DNA of 64,000 nucleotides, taken from a virus. Made by a program: the position numbers and the translations under genes. The notes beneath the pieces were generated by a model that was not told where the DNA came from, did no database searches, and saw only the letters and a list, made by a program, of their open reading frames with translations. This document shows, one piece after another, positions 40,824-49,852 of this stretch (position 1 is its first letter; each line of letters begins with the position of its first letter). Where the stretch lies: IMG/VR virus record IMGVR_UViG_3300045988_101835; one strand, given 5' to 3'.

Positions 40824-41693
40824 ATGGAAGATTTTAACTGTGACATTTATAGGCGCTGGGATATTGACACGCCGCGTGAGGAGGTTGTTCGTAGCATGGT
40901 TGACGTTATCATGTGGGCGGACGAGAATGGTAATGGTTCCGAGGAAGGTTCTCCCATTTCGGGTCTTCATATGGACGACTTTGCCTTCGCGGGTAACAAT
41001 TCGATGTGGGCGCGTCGCTTCGATGCTACTCCGGATGGGTCTTTCTGGCGAGTTCTTGTTGCTGCCAACCGTGGTCGTTTCTTGATCGAGGTTCGCCAGA
41101 GTGATTCTGCGGTTACAGCGTGGCTTGCTACGCTTCGTTCTTGGCTTTGTGGGGGTGATTATAAATCCCGCTTCGCTTATTTAGAGAAACACTACGCTGG
41201 TGCGCTTCAGCGGGCTTTGAGCGCTGCAGAGTCTACTGCGAAGGATGTTGGTCTTCGTAAGGGCTTTGCTGAGGCTGCGGTTCCGGTTGTTGCTCAATAT
41301 TTGGAGTGCGCTTCTATGGTTAATGTCTTCGGCTTGCTTCCTACGCAGCGGCGTCCGGTCTTCACGGAGAAGTATAGCTTCCCTGCGGAGGTTAGTTTTC
41401 TGCAGATGCTAGCTCCTTTGATGTATGGCAAGGATGAGCTTGCTTTCGCTGATGGTAGCTTCCCGGAGGAGGTTTACTATATCCATCGATTCCTTCGTAT
41501 GGCTTACGAGCAGATCCTGCGTCGTCTTAGTAAGTTCTACTATGATGATATTCATCAGTACCGTAAGTTTAAGAACGACTATTGCCTTGAGCTGGGTACG
41601 ATGTTCTATGCTGCTCTGAAGCCTTGTCTGCAGGCGGGTCAGGGTAAGTGGTCCAATTCGTTGACGCCTGTTTTGTTCGACTTCTATGCTTAA
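40824..41693 (+). CDS. hypothetical protein
   Basis: 289-aa ORF. Confidence 0.6.
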   Translation: MEDFNCDIYRRWDIDTPREEVVRSMVDVIMWADENGNGSEEGSPISGLHMDDFAFAGNNSMWARRFDATPDGSFWRVLVAANRGRFLIEVRQSDSAVTAWLATLRSWLCGGDYKSRFAYLEKHYAGALQRALSAAESTAKDVGLRKGFAEAAVPVVAQYLECASMVNVFGLLPTQRRPVFTEKYSFPAEVSFLQMLAPLMYGKDELAFADGSFPEEVYYIHRFLRMAYEQILRRLSKFYYDDIHQYRKFKNDYCLELGTMFYAALKPCLQAGQGKWSNSLTPVLFDFYA

Positions 41694-42825
41694 AAGCACG
41701 GGTTTGGGCCATGATGGTCTGGTGGTTGATCCGCTGAGCGGTCCTACTGCTATCTTTGCCACATTGGAGCCGGATCAGGTTGATTTCAGTGATACGAAGT
41801 TTAAGTCTGTCTTCGAGTGGGGTAAGTCTTCGGGGTTCTTGGAGTCGGCGCCGCATGAGTGTACGGTGCGTGACGGCATGCTTTTCTTTCCTGCTGCCAA
41901 CACTGTCGGTTATTCTGTTTCGCTTCCGGATGGAGATACGGTCTGGCTTCTCATGTATGTTGCTAAGGACTTCTGCTGCGTCTTTGATAGTCTTCAGGAT
42001 TCGTCTGATAGCCCGGCGGCTTTTCAGGAGGGGTTGGCTGCTAAGTTACTGGCTATGAACCTTTTCGGCTCGTCTGCTTCTGCTCCACGTAAGGTAGAGT
42101 TCTTTGATAATACTACTTGGACGGAGTTGAGGGATTCTATCGTCTCTAGTGATTTGTCCTGCGATTATGATCGCTTTGCTCGCTACGTTGCTATGTGGTT
42201 CCATCACGAGCTGCTTCGCGGTCTTTTCGACTCGGAGGTTCATACTTCCATAGGCGTTGTCGATCATGCTTGGGAGCGTGAGATTCTTTCCGTTCTGTGT
42301 AGTACTTTAAATGGTGCTGTTTTCAAGTCGGTTCCTAATAATCCCTATGCTTATGAGATGACGTTGCCGTGGGACGGTGAGCGTGTACTTCGTCGTGTTG
42401 CTAGTCTGCTTAGTAGTTTCATCATGGCTTTCATGAGCGTTGTCGAGACGGGTGTTGTTGCAGTCACACAGGATGCTTCTGGCTTTGCCGCTTCCCGTGT
42501 TCCTATGTTCAGTGCTTTGCTGAAGGTCATGCTCTGCTCTTTTCTTTCGGAGCTTTATTGGAGTCTTAGTTCCTTCGGGTTCCTTACGCGCCGTGTTTTG
42601 GTCATGGAGGAGGGTGATATTAATGCTGTGCTAGGGTTTCCTACGTCTTCCTGCATGGAGGTCCAGTCGGGTGCTTGGGGTTGCTCGGGTAGCATTACCG
42701 ACTTCGGTTTTTCGGATATAGCACAGCTTATGTCTCATCTGGAGTCTACTGTTGGGTCTCTTTCTCCTGCGCCGTCTCCAGATTCTATTGTCATCCCGAT
42801 TAAGGGTTCCGGCAAGGTGTCGTAG
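41686..42825 (+). CDS. hypothetical protein
   Basis: 379-aa ORF that overlaps the upstream stop. Confidence 0.6.
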   Translation: MLKSTGLGHDGLVVDPLSGPTAIFATLEPDQVDFSDTKFKSVFEWGKSSGFLESAPHECTVRDGMLFFPAANTVGYSVSLPDGDTVWLLMYVAKDFCCVFDSLQDSSDSPAAFQEGLAAKLLAMNLFGSSASAPRKVEFFDNTTWTELRDSIVSSDLSCDYDRFARYVAMWFHHELLRGLFDSEVHTSIGVVDHAWEREILSVLCSTLNGAVFKSVPNNPYAYEMTLPWDGERVLRRVASLLSSFIMAFMSVVETGVVAVTQDASGFAASRVPMFSALLKVMLCSFLSELYWSLSSFGFLTRRVLVMEEGDINAVLGFPTSSCMEVQSGAWGCSGSITDFGFSDIAQLMSHLESTVGSLSPAPSPDSIVIPIKGSGKVS

Positions 42826-42883
42826 TTGCAGTACGTTTATTCAGTGTGTTTTTCCGGCATGATTTTAAATTAATAAGAAGAGG

Positions 42884-42913
42884 GCGTCCGGCTTTGCCGG
42901 GCGTTTTTTTTTT
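42884..42913 (+). terminator. rho-independent terminator
   Basis: GC-rich stem gcgtccggc/gccgggcgt around a ttt loop, followed by about T10. Confidence 0.7.
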
Positions 42914-42930
42914 AATTTATTGACATTTTA

Positions 42931-42962
42931 CTTGCGAGTTTGAATATGATTTTGTAGTTTTG
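42931..42962 (+). promoter_or_regulatory. Bacteroides-type promoter (imperfect -33)
   Basis: CTTG at 42931-42934, a 20-nt spacer, then TAGTTTTG at 42955-42962. Confidence 0.5.
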
Positions 42963-43007
42963 TGACGTTGGTGCTTGAGCGCCAGCAGAAGGAAAAACAC
43001 ACTTAAA

Positions 43008-43829
43008 ATGGATACTAATTTTGTTCGCACGTTTCTTCGTGGTTCTACGGAGGTTGAGCTTATCGGCTCGGGATTATCATCAACAGACATCTGGGTTCAT
43101 TGTTTAGGTCGTCGCGGTGTCGGCAGTTACGACATTACGCTAGAGGACCTTCGTGCGCGCCTTTTCGATCTTGTCCGCGAGAGTGTTCGTATGGACCTGC
43201 ATCGTTTCTGGCCTACGTTCGATGGTGACTGGATGGACTTGGTCCATATGTTCTACTACGGTTATATGACGCCTAAGTGTCGATATAAGGGTAAGAAGTA
43301 CTACTTCGACGGTGACTATATGAAGGCACTTCAGGAGGGCATTCCTTACCTGACGCTTATTGATCGCTATGCCAATAGCACTCATGTAAGCTTTGAGACT
43401 TACGTCCGGGGTTGCGTTAAGAATCGTCTTCTTGACGGCATCCGTGGGGGTGTTAAGGGCTACGACGCTGCGGGCCGCAAAGTATCCGTTGATGAGTCTC
43501 TGGAGGCGTGTGGTGATAGCACGCTTGTTAAGTTCGGGCTGCTGTGCTCGCAGGACGGTTTCCTTGATGATTCCTCGGCGGAGATATGGCATGATCCGCG
43601 CGCTGCTGCTCGGTGTCACGAACAAATGGCCGTTATCCGGGAGCAGGATGCCGCTACGGCGCGTCGGATGCTTGTTTCGTATATTAAGATGCGTTCGTCT
43701 TTAGAGGCCGACATTCGGGCGTTTTTTGACTTTACGTTCGAGGTTCCGGATAGCACGGAGGATTCTCCGGAGTTTCAGGCTTTCGTAGTTTCTAACAGGC
43801 TTGGTCGTTACTTCTCATCAAGTTGCTGA
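43008..43829 (+). CDS. hypothetical early protein
   Basis: First ATG in ORF 42975-43829. No secure motif. Confidence 0.55.
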   Translation: MDTNFVRTFLRGSTEVELIGSGLSSTDIWVHCLGRRGVGSYDITLEDLRARLFDLVRESVRMDLHRFWPTFDGDWMDLVHMFYYGYMTPKCRYKGKKYYFDGDYMKALQEGIPYLTLIDRYANSTHVSFETYVRGCVKNRLLDGIRGGVKGYDAAGRKVSVDESLEACGDSTLVKFGLLCSQDGFLDDSSAEIWHDPRAAARCHEQMAVIREQDAATARRMLVSYIKMRSSLEADIRAFFDFTFEVPDSTEDSPEFQAFVVSNRLGRYFSSSC

Positions 43830-43846
43830 TTTTATATTTTGTGCTT

Positions 43847-43957
43847 ATGAAAAAGCAGGATGATTATCGCAAGTGGTTCGCCTACGGCGGCCAGTTGTTT
43901 CTGGAGATTGTTGTATGCTTTGTGCTGGTGTATGGTCTTCTCCTTCTCTTAAGCTAA
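43847..43957 (+). CDS. possible 36-aa single-pass membrane peptide
   Basis: Hand translation gives MKKQDDYRKWFAYGGQLFLEIVVCFVLVYGLLLLLS. Below the track cutoff. Confidence 0.3.
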   Translation: MKKQDDYRKWFAYGGQLFLEIVVCFVLVYGLLLLLS

Positions 43958-44124
43958 CTTAACACTTTCGGGAGTTGTGATTCGTTGGGTTCCACTACTG
44001 CGTGCCTTGTTGTGACACGTAGGGTCTTTTCTTGTCGGCTTTATCATAGTCGTATGGTTCATTATTGTCATGGGCGCAGTTGTCGTATTTATTTTGCGCG
44101 ATGTTGGAATTTGTCCCCCTTAGA

Positions 44125-44156
44125 TTTGGATTATTAAATTAACTTTTCTATCTTTG
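44125..44156 (+). promoter_or_regulatory. Bacteroides-type promoter
   Basis: TTTG at 44125-44128, a 20-nt spacer, then TATCTTTG at 44149-44156. Confidence 0.6.
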
Positions 44157-44201
44157 TAGTGTAGAAATAGTTCTACAGATAATTTAATATGGATTTGAGC
44201 T

Positions 44202-44579
44202 ATGCGCGTTTTCGAAACATTAACCAAGCTTATTTTATACGCAGTAGGTTTTGCTATTGAGCTTGCAAGTTTTCTTGTGTTCTTGTATGCTTCCATTTTC
44301 ACGGTTTTCTGCGTAACTCGTCCCGGTACTTACTTCAAGGAGCCGTTTCTTTCTATGCCTTATGCTATCTGGGGTGCTATTGGCGGGGCTGTTGTCTACT
44401 TGGTTTTCGTCTTCCTGAATAAGAGCTTCTACGTAAGTTTCATTAAGCAGGTTTCGACTTCTAGTCTTATGATGTTCTTCACCTGTCTTATTCTTCGTTG
44501 GAAGTATGTTATCTTCTGGTGGGTTATGTATACCTTCTTCGTTTACATTGTCTTTGGAGTTGATCCCTATGGCGTATGA
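44202..44579 (+). CDS. multi-pass membrane protein
   Basis: 125 aa with four hydrophobic segments. Confidence 0.55.
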   Translation: MRVFETLTKLILYAVGFAIELASFLVFLYASIFTVFCVTRPGTYFKEPFLSMPYAIWGAIGGAVVYLVFVFLNKSFYVSFIKQVSTSSLMMFFTCLILRWKYVIFWWVMYTFFVYIVFGVDPYGV

Positions 44580-44827
44580 GAATGAGACATCATATGGCTA
44601 TGCACCTTGCGGGGTGCTTGGAGCACTTTCGGCGGCGCCGCATGACGGGTCTTTTTACGGATGATACGGGCCGTCCTTTGTCGGATTCGGAGGCCCGCGA
44701 GTATATTCGTCAGTGTATGCTGAATGGCTGGAATTACGTTCCTTTGTGTCCGTCGTCGGAGTGTCCGGATTTCGATTATATCACGGGTGAGTGTCCGGGT
44801 CATCCATTACCAGATGAGGAGGAGTAG
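44576..44827 (+). CDS. hypothetical small protein
   Basis: ATGA-coupled to the upstream gene. Cys/His-rich. Confidence 0.5.
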   Translation: MRMRHHMAMHLAGCLEHFRRRRMTGLFTDDTGRPLSDSEAREYIRQCMLNGWNYVPLCPSSECPDFDYITGECPGHPLPDEEE

Positions 44828-44829
44828 TT

Positions 44830-45186
44830 ATGGCTTGGTTTCGGTCTATGTTCGAGATGCTTTTCAGTACTTCTGTAGGGTATTCACTTGATCTTCTTGA
44901 CTCGGAGGACTGGTGTATCAACCCTCGGAATATGAATACACCGCGTGCGTCGCTTCCGGCAGAAGGAGCATTGGTGGTGGCTACGTATAGTGTTGTGCGC
45001 GATAACGTTGTAGGTCGTAGGAGCTATTCGCTTATGACCCGCCGAGGTGATCGCTGGTACTCGGATGCCTTTCGTGGTCGCTACTTCGTCCCGGAGTTCA
45101 TGTATGCTTCTTGCTGTGCTGATAGTAGATGCGCAGGCTTTGTTTCATCGTGGGAGTCAATACCGCGTTATATTGATAATGCTTAG
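44830..45186 (+). CDS. hypothetical protein
   Basis: 118-aa ORF. Confidence 0.5.
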   Translation: MAWFRSMFEMLFSTSVGYSLDLLDSEDWCINPRNMNTPRASLPAEGALVVATYSVVRDNVVGRRSYSLMTRRGDRWYSDAFRGRYFVPEFMYASCCADSRCAGFVSSWESIPRYIDNA

Positions 45187-45197
45187 TTTTTGATTAT

Positions 45198-46154
45198 ATG
45201 GGTTTTATTGGGGATGCTATTCAGCAGATTGATAGTGAAGATTTGACTGTAGGTGCTTCGTGGGTTTGCAGATTTTACAATTACCGAAGTAGCGGGACTG
45301 CGTCGGAGCTGGAGCCTTCGTTGTTGTCGTGTTTCAAGGATGAGTCGGATGCGCTTAGGGTTTTCAATAAGGAGATGACTGCGAATGCGAAGGCCATCAA
45401 GGAGGAGGGAGGTTTATTCTTTTTTCGTGGTGCTGATCCGATGCATCCGGCGGTTAATTCATTATCGGGTCAGGCATTATCGTCTTGTCAGGCTATGGGG
45501 GTTCCGGTTAACTTCTGTACGACATATTGGGAGTGGGCTAAGGATTACCCGGGTTACGCTGCCATGCTTGGCATCGACAAGGGCTTAGTGGCATTTGGCG
45601 CTGATATTGGTCGTCCTTTTTATTCGGGCAAGGTATCCTCTCTTGAGGTTGTGACGGAGGGTCTTGCTTCGCTTCATAAGTACAGGTTCAAGACTTGGGC
45701 GTTGTTTACTCCATGCGTTTCCGTGAATTCTGATGATCCGTATGCTTCGGATTACGATGTAGCTAAGTCGGAGGAGGTATTCAAGAGCATTGTTCCTTTT
45801 ATTGACTTTGTTCGGATTTGGCTTACTCCGGTTGCGGTCTTGACGGATGCTGAGTTGCATGGTGTTTCTCAGATTCTCAATAAGATTACTTCTCTGGCCA
45901 AGAAGTATAAGGTCCATGTGATCTTGGATTCTACGGTTCGAGATGTCGTAGGTTTCCCGGATGCTTCCTCACCTTCGGCTCCTAAGTGGTCCAAGTACAA
46001 GTATTTGAATACGGGTCAGTGGCCACGGTTCGAGGTTTCATTTGACGATACCCGCGAGGCGGGCAATATCGAGGCTGCGGTTAAGGAGGCTATGGATGCC
46101 ACGAGCGAGGCCGCTATGCGCCAGCATGAGCGTCGGTCTAAAAAGAATAAGTAA
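45198..46154 (+). CDS. hypothetical protein
   Basis: 318-aa ORF. Confidence 0.6.
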   Translation: MGFIGDAIQQIDSEDLTVGASWVCRFYNYRSSGTASELEPSLLSCFKDESDALRVFNKEMTANAKAIKEEGGLFFFRGADPMHPAVNSLSGQALSSCQAMGVPVNFCTTYWEWAKDYPGYAAMLGIDKGLVAFGADIGRPFYSGKVSSLEVVTEGLASLHKYRFKTWALFTPCVSVNSDDPYASDYDVAKSEEVFKSIVPFIDFVRIWLTPVAVLTDAELHGVSQILNKITSLAKKYKVHVILDSTVRDVVGFPDASSPSAPKWSKYKYLNTGQWPRFEVSFDDTREAGNIEAAVKEAMDATSEAAMRQHERRSKKNK

Positions 46155-46156
46155 CG

Positions 46157-46393
46157 ATGATGCAGAAAATCTGTTTGTTTCTGGCCGTGGTGCTGGGTTT
46201 TACGTTGTTTCTCGGCGGCTTGGGATTAACTGCTGCTCTTATATCGTACTGCACAGAACTTAGCTCTGTTGAGTTCTTAACGGTTGTGGGTCTTGTTGTG
46301 CTCTTTGGAGCGTGCGCAGCTATTGTCTTAGGAGGTCTTTCCATGCTGTTCTCAGCAGTTGCCATTCTTTCATTAAATGGTCGTGAGCGATGA
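46157..46393 (+). CDS. small two-pass membrane protein
   Basis: 78 aa, strongly hydrophobic. Confidence 0.5.
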   Translation: MMQKICLFLAVVLGFTLFLGGLGLTAALISYCTELSSVEFLTVVGLVVLFGACAAIVLGGLSMLFSAVAILSLNGRER

Positions 46394-46689
46394 TTTTGGA
46401 TTGTTACCATACGTCTCTCTTGCCGTTCCCGGCTCACTTATCGATTACACGCACGCAGGTTGCGTCGGATGATCCTCATAGCGACGTTTATTACTTCGTA
46501 AATCCGCATTCTGGGGGTTGCGCAATTAAGTCATCTAATGGCGATGTTATTTCCATTAATGCTACTCATTTAGTGCTTCACAGGTCTACAGGTGAGTGGG
46601 AGCTGTGGTATAAATTAATTTCGTCTAATTCTCGTAGAGGTGCTCCTATGCGTCAGCTTCTGGGGTGTCGGGTCGAGGAAGTCAAGTAG
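46390..46689 (+). CDS. hypothetical protein
   Basis: ATGA-coupled 99-aa ORF. Confidence 0.5.
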   Translation: MILDCYHTSLLPFPAHLSITRTQVASDDPHSDVYYFVNPHSGGCAIKSSNGDVISINATHLVLHRSTGEWELWYKLISSNSRRGAPMRQLLGCRVEEVK

Positions 46690-46699
46690 GATATGCGCG

Positions 46700-46734
46700 C
46701 ATATGTAAAGAAAAGTCGATTTTCTTTACATATG
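46700..46734. promoter_or_regulatory. perfect 15-bp inverted repeat (hairpin or operator)
   Basis: catatgtaaagaaaa (46700-46714) pairs with ttttctttacatatg (46720-46734) around a 5-nt loop. No T-run follows. Confidence 0.6.
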
Positions 46735-46772
46735 TCAAGTGATATAGAAAAATAATTGCAAAATCTTTTCAT

Positions 46773-48119
46773 ATGGTAAAAGCAGATTATGTAAGTTTGT
46801 GGTCCGTAAAGCAGGAGTTCTACCAGCCTCGGCTGCTCAGTAGTCTTTTGACGCCTACGGGTCGAGGCGGTTCGGTTGTGATCCGGGATTACGTTCGGGC
46901 TTTGAAGTGGCTTACGGCTTTGGAGTCTGCGATGCATTCTCTGGGTCATCCTATTACGAAGGGTACTTGCTCTCAGGTAGGCTCACTGCAGGACTTGTGC
47001 TCTATGCTCCATCCGTCGGATAAGTTCCGGCTTGGTATGGACATGTGCCTTTGTGGTACCTTGAGTAGCCTTCCGGATGATCGCCAGACGGAGATTCTGG
47101 AGTCTTCGTCGTGGCTTGCTACGGAGAAGATACGAGGTGTCCGGGCTTTGCTCTTGAGTTACGCGGCACCGGGGCGTGGTTCACGGTTCAGTCTTTACTC
47201 TCGGTTCTTGTCGGACGACTGTGGTCTTATAGATTGGGGTCCTAAGCTTTGGCAGCAGCACAACTTCGGTCAGGGGGTTACGGCGGTGGATGTTGAGATT
47301 TGCTATCCTCACTCTATGGATGACTTCAAGACTTTGTTCGAGGGTGCTGAGAATTTGGCTTCTACTTCTACGGGTGTTGTGGAGTACGTTCTTAGTCTTC
47401 CGGAGAATCAGGCTTTGGGTATCCAGTCTCAGTTTTACGCTAAGTACCAGCGTCATATGTTCTCGCTTATGGTTATTTGTCCTATTTTCTACGAGAAGGT
47501 CAACTACCTCAAGCAGCCCTTGCGTGCGGGGTGGGATGTGTATACGCAGGTCGTTTCTCATCTTCGTTCCGCGGGCTTAAATGCCTTCGAGGTTAACCGC
47601 TGCTTTGGTGGCAAGTTCGAGAAGGTCTCGTTCTTGGACTCTATTCTTAACCGAGGCGGCGAGGGTGTTGTGCTTCATAACGGAGATGCCTTCTACGACA
47701 TTACAGGGTCCCGTGATTCTAATGTCATGGTTAAGATTAAGAACCGTGTCGGCGGCCCTGCTAAGCGGATTATGGACGATACGTTCGACGCTTTCATTAC
47801 GGGCGGTTCGGGCGCCGCGTCTTCTATTCTCCGCCTTGAGCTTAGCATCATCTGTGAGAATGAGGACGGCTACCAGCATCGTCAGGTTCTGGGCTTCCTG
47901 CCTATTAGTGGTGATCTTTCACTGCAGGCTACGATTCTGGATAGTGGTGTTCCACGATTGAATCCTGACTTTATGGATAAGGTCGTTGAGGTTCAGGCCC
48001 GTGCTTTGGATAACAACTTCCATTTGATTGATCCTACTTTGATTCGTCTTCGTCACGACAAGGCCGCTTCGGACTGTGTCTATACGGCTACATATTTACG
48101 GTCCTTGCCGCGGGGTTAA
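46773..48119 (+). CDS. ATP-dependent ligase-like nucleotidyltransferase (DNA or RNA ligase)
   Basis: Motif I-like 'TEKIRGVR', motif III-like 'AVDVEICY', motif IV 'GGEGVVLH', motif V 'VMVKIKN'. Motif I has Arg where KxDG ligases have Asp. Confidence 0.5.
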   Translation: MVKADYVSLWSVKQEFYQPRLLSSLLTPTGRGGSVVIRDYVRALKWLTALESAMHSLGHPITKGTCSQVGSLQDLCSMLHPSDKFRLGMDMCLCGTLSSLPDDRQTEILESSSWLATEKIRGVRALLLSYAAPGRGSRFSLYSRFLSDDCGLIDWGPKLWQQHNFGQGVTAVDVEICYPHSMDDFKTLFEGAENLASTSTGVVEYVLSLPENQALGIQSQFYAKYQRHMFSLMVICPIFYEKVNYLKQPLRAGWDVYTQVVSHLRSAGLNAFEVNRCFGGKFEKVSFLDSILNRGGEGVVLHNGDAFYDITGSRDSNVMVKIKNRVGGPAKRIMDDTFDAFITGGSGAASSILRLELSIICENEDGYQHRQVLGFLPISGDLSLQATILDSGVPRLNPDFMDKVVEVQARALDNNFHLIDPTLIRLRHDKAASDCVYTATYLRSLPRG

Positions 48120-48122
48120 GGG

Positions 48123-48139
48123 GCAGTTATATATCCCAA
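48123..48139 (+). promoter_or_regulatory. variant of the conserved phage motif, abutting the element left end
   Basis: gcagttatatatcccaa, immediately followed by the copy-3 left end at 48140. Confidence 0.4.
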
Positions 48140-49397
48140 GGTGATTATATGCAACTTTATATCATCGTTTGCAGTAAATGTAAAATAATTGTAATTTTCA
48201 GACATGAAGAAAGCATTCAAATATCGCATCTACCCGAACAAGGCTCAGCGGGCTTTGTTTCAGGCGACGTTTGGATGTTGCCGTTTCGTTTACAACAAAA
48301 CGCTTGATATCAGAAAGACAGCTTATGCGATGGATAAGACGCAGCTTAGCGAGTTTGATCTCATCAAGAAAATAAAGCCGCTTAAAGAAGAGTTCCCGTG
48401 GCTGCGTGACGTTCCAGCGGTTTGCTTACCTCAAGCAGTTGGTGATATGAATGATGCTTTCCGTGATTTCTTTAAGTCGGGTAAGGGTTACCCTAAGTTC
48501 AAGACGAAGCATCGTAGTCGGAAGTCTTGTCGTTTTCCCGGCCAGAGTTGTGCAGTGTTGCAAGACATTAGTCGCTTAAAGCTTCCCAAGCTTGGTTTAG
48601 TTAAGTACAAGAAAGATCGTGAGTTCATTGGCACTTTACGGCATATAGTGATTACGCAAGAAAGTAATGGCAAGTATTATGCTTCGTGCTTGGTTGATAC
48701 GGGCGTCGAAGCACCGAATCCGAAGCCAGTAGAAGCTAGTACGACGGTCGGCATTGACTTGGGGCTTAAAGACTTTATCGTCACGTCGGATGGGTGTAAG
48801 ATGCCCAATCCACGTTTTTATGTTACTATCGACCACTCCATCGCCCGCTTGCAGAAGCACGAAGCGCGGAAGATGAAAGGATCGAAGCGTCGTGCGCGCA
48901 TTCGGTTAAAGATTAACAAACTTTACAGTAAGAAACGGAATTTAATCAAGAATTATATTTATCATGTCGTCAAGACATTACTGCGCGAAAGCCAAACGCT
49001 AGTAATGGAGAACCTTAACATTGTTGGCATGGTAAAGAATCATAGTTTAGCTAAATCCATCCAGAATGTTTGCTGGGGTGAGCTTCGCAGAGTACTGGAG
49101 TACAAGTCGCAGTGGTTGGGTCACAACTTAATCTTCATAGATAGGTGGGCGCCTAGTACGAAGACTTGCAGCCATTGCGGGTTCCATAATTCTACGTTAA
49201 CGCTTTCAGATCGTTCATGGACATGTCCGGGGTGTGGTACACATCACGACCGGGACATCAACGCCGCGATTAACATTAAACGTATGGGTTTAGAGACATT
49301 ACTGCCCGCGGTGAGCGGGTTCGACGGGCGTGGAGAGGTCGGTTACGGTCTCGACGAAGCGTCAATATGTGCAAGTTATTAACTGCATGTAATCACC
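48140..49397 (+). mobile_element. TnpB-only insertion element, copy 3
   Basis: Ends ggtgattatatgcaact and aactgcatgtaatcacc are 14/17 inverted repeats. The element is flanked on both sides by tcccaa (48134-48139 and 49398-49403). Confidence 0.8.
48204..49382 (+). CDS. tnpB: TnpB family protein
   Basis: GIDLGLKDF, VMENLN, CSHCG...CPGCG, HHDRDINAAINI. Confidence 0.9.
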   Translation: MKKAFKYRIYPNKAQRALFQATFGCCRFVYNKTLDIRKTAYAMDKTQLSEFDLIKKIKPLKEEFPWLRDVPAVCLPQAVGDMNDAFRDFFKSGKGYPKFKTKHRSRKSCRFPGQSCAVLQDISRLKLPKLGLVKYKKDREFIGTLRHIVITQESNGKYYASCLVDTGVEAPNPKPVEASTTVGIDLGLKDFIVTSDGCKMPNPRFYVTIDHSIARLQKHEARKMKGSKRRARIRLKINKLYSKKRNLIKNYIYHVVKTLLRESQTLVMENLNIVGMVKNHSLAKSIQNVCWGELRRVLEYKSQWLGHNLIFIDRWAPSTKTCSHCGFHNSTLTLSDRSWTCPGCGTHHDRDINAAINIKRMGLETLLPAVSGFDGRGEVGYGLDEASICASY

Positions 49398-49852
49398 TCC
49401 CAATGGCCAATTGAGATGGTCTGTTGTTGACGGTTTTTTTTTTCTTTTCTTCTTGAGGACTTACGCTGTGACGGTGCGAGTCCTCTTTCTTTTACGTATA
49501 TGCCAGCAAGGCTTTCTGCGGTTTTCCGCAGTTGGTCTGGTTAGTTTTCCATCATTTCGTGTGGGGTTCTTCTGCTGAGATAGCATGAGTCTCCATTTTG
49601 CAGATTGCTTTGTAGAATTTTTTCATGTCCTCCGTAGCTTTGTGTGTTCTTGCTGCGGAGGTTTTCGTTGTACGTATATGTATTTGCGTTACATTTTGTA
49701 AGTGTTTAGTGTGACGCATGTCATCGTATGGTTATGTACCTTTCGTCGTGAGATGCGAGTACATATGACGCAGGTCCTGTTTTTCCATTTTGTATAGCAC
49801 CTTCACTTTCCTTCACGTGACCTGCGTTCCTTCTTCAATTCGTTTGGAGTTT

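Noticed and set aside
49552-49719. Minus-strand 55-codon ORF with an internal GGAGGA-ATG
   Set aside because: It is basic and low-complexity, crosses a strong hairpin, lies on the strand no phage gene uses, and Shine-Dalgarno pairing is weak evidence in Bacteroidota.
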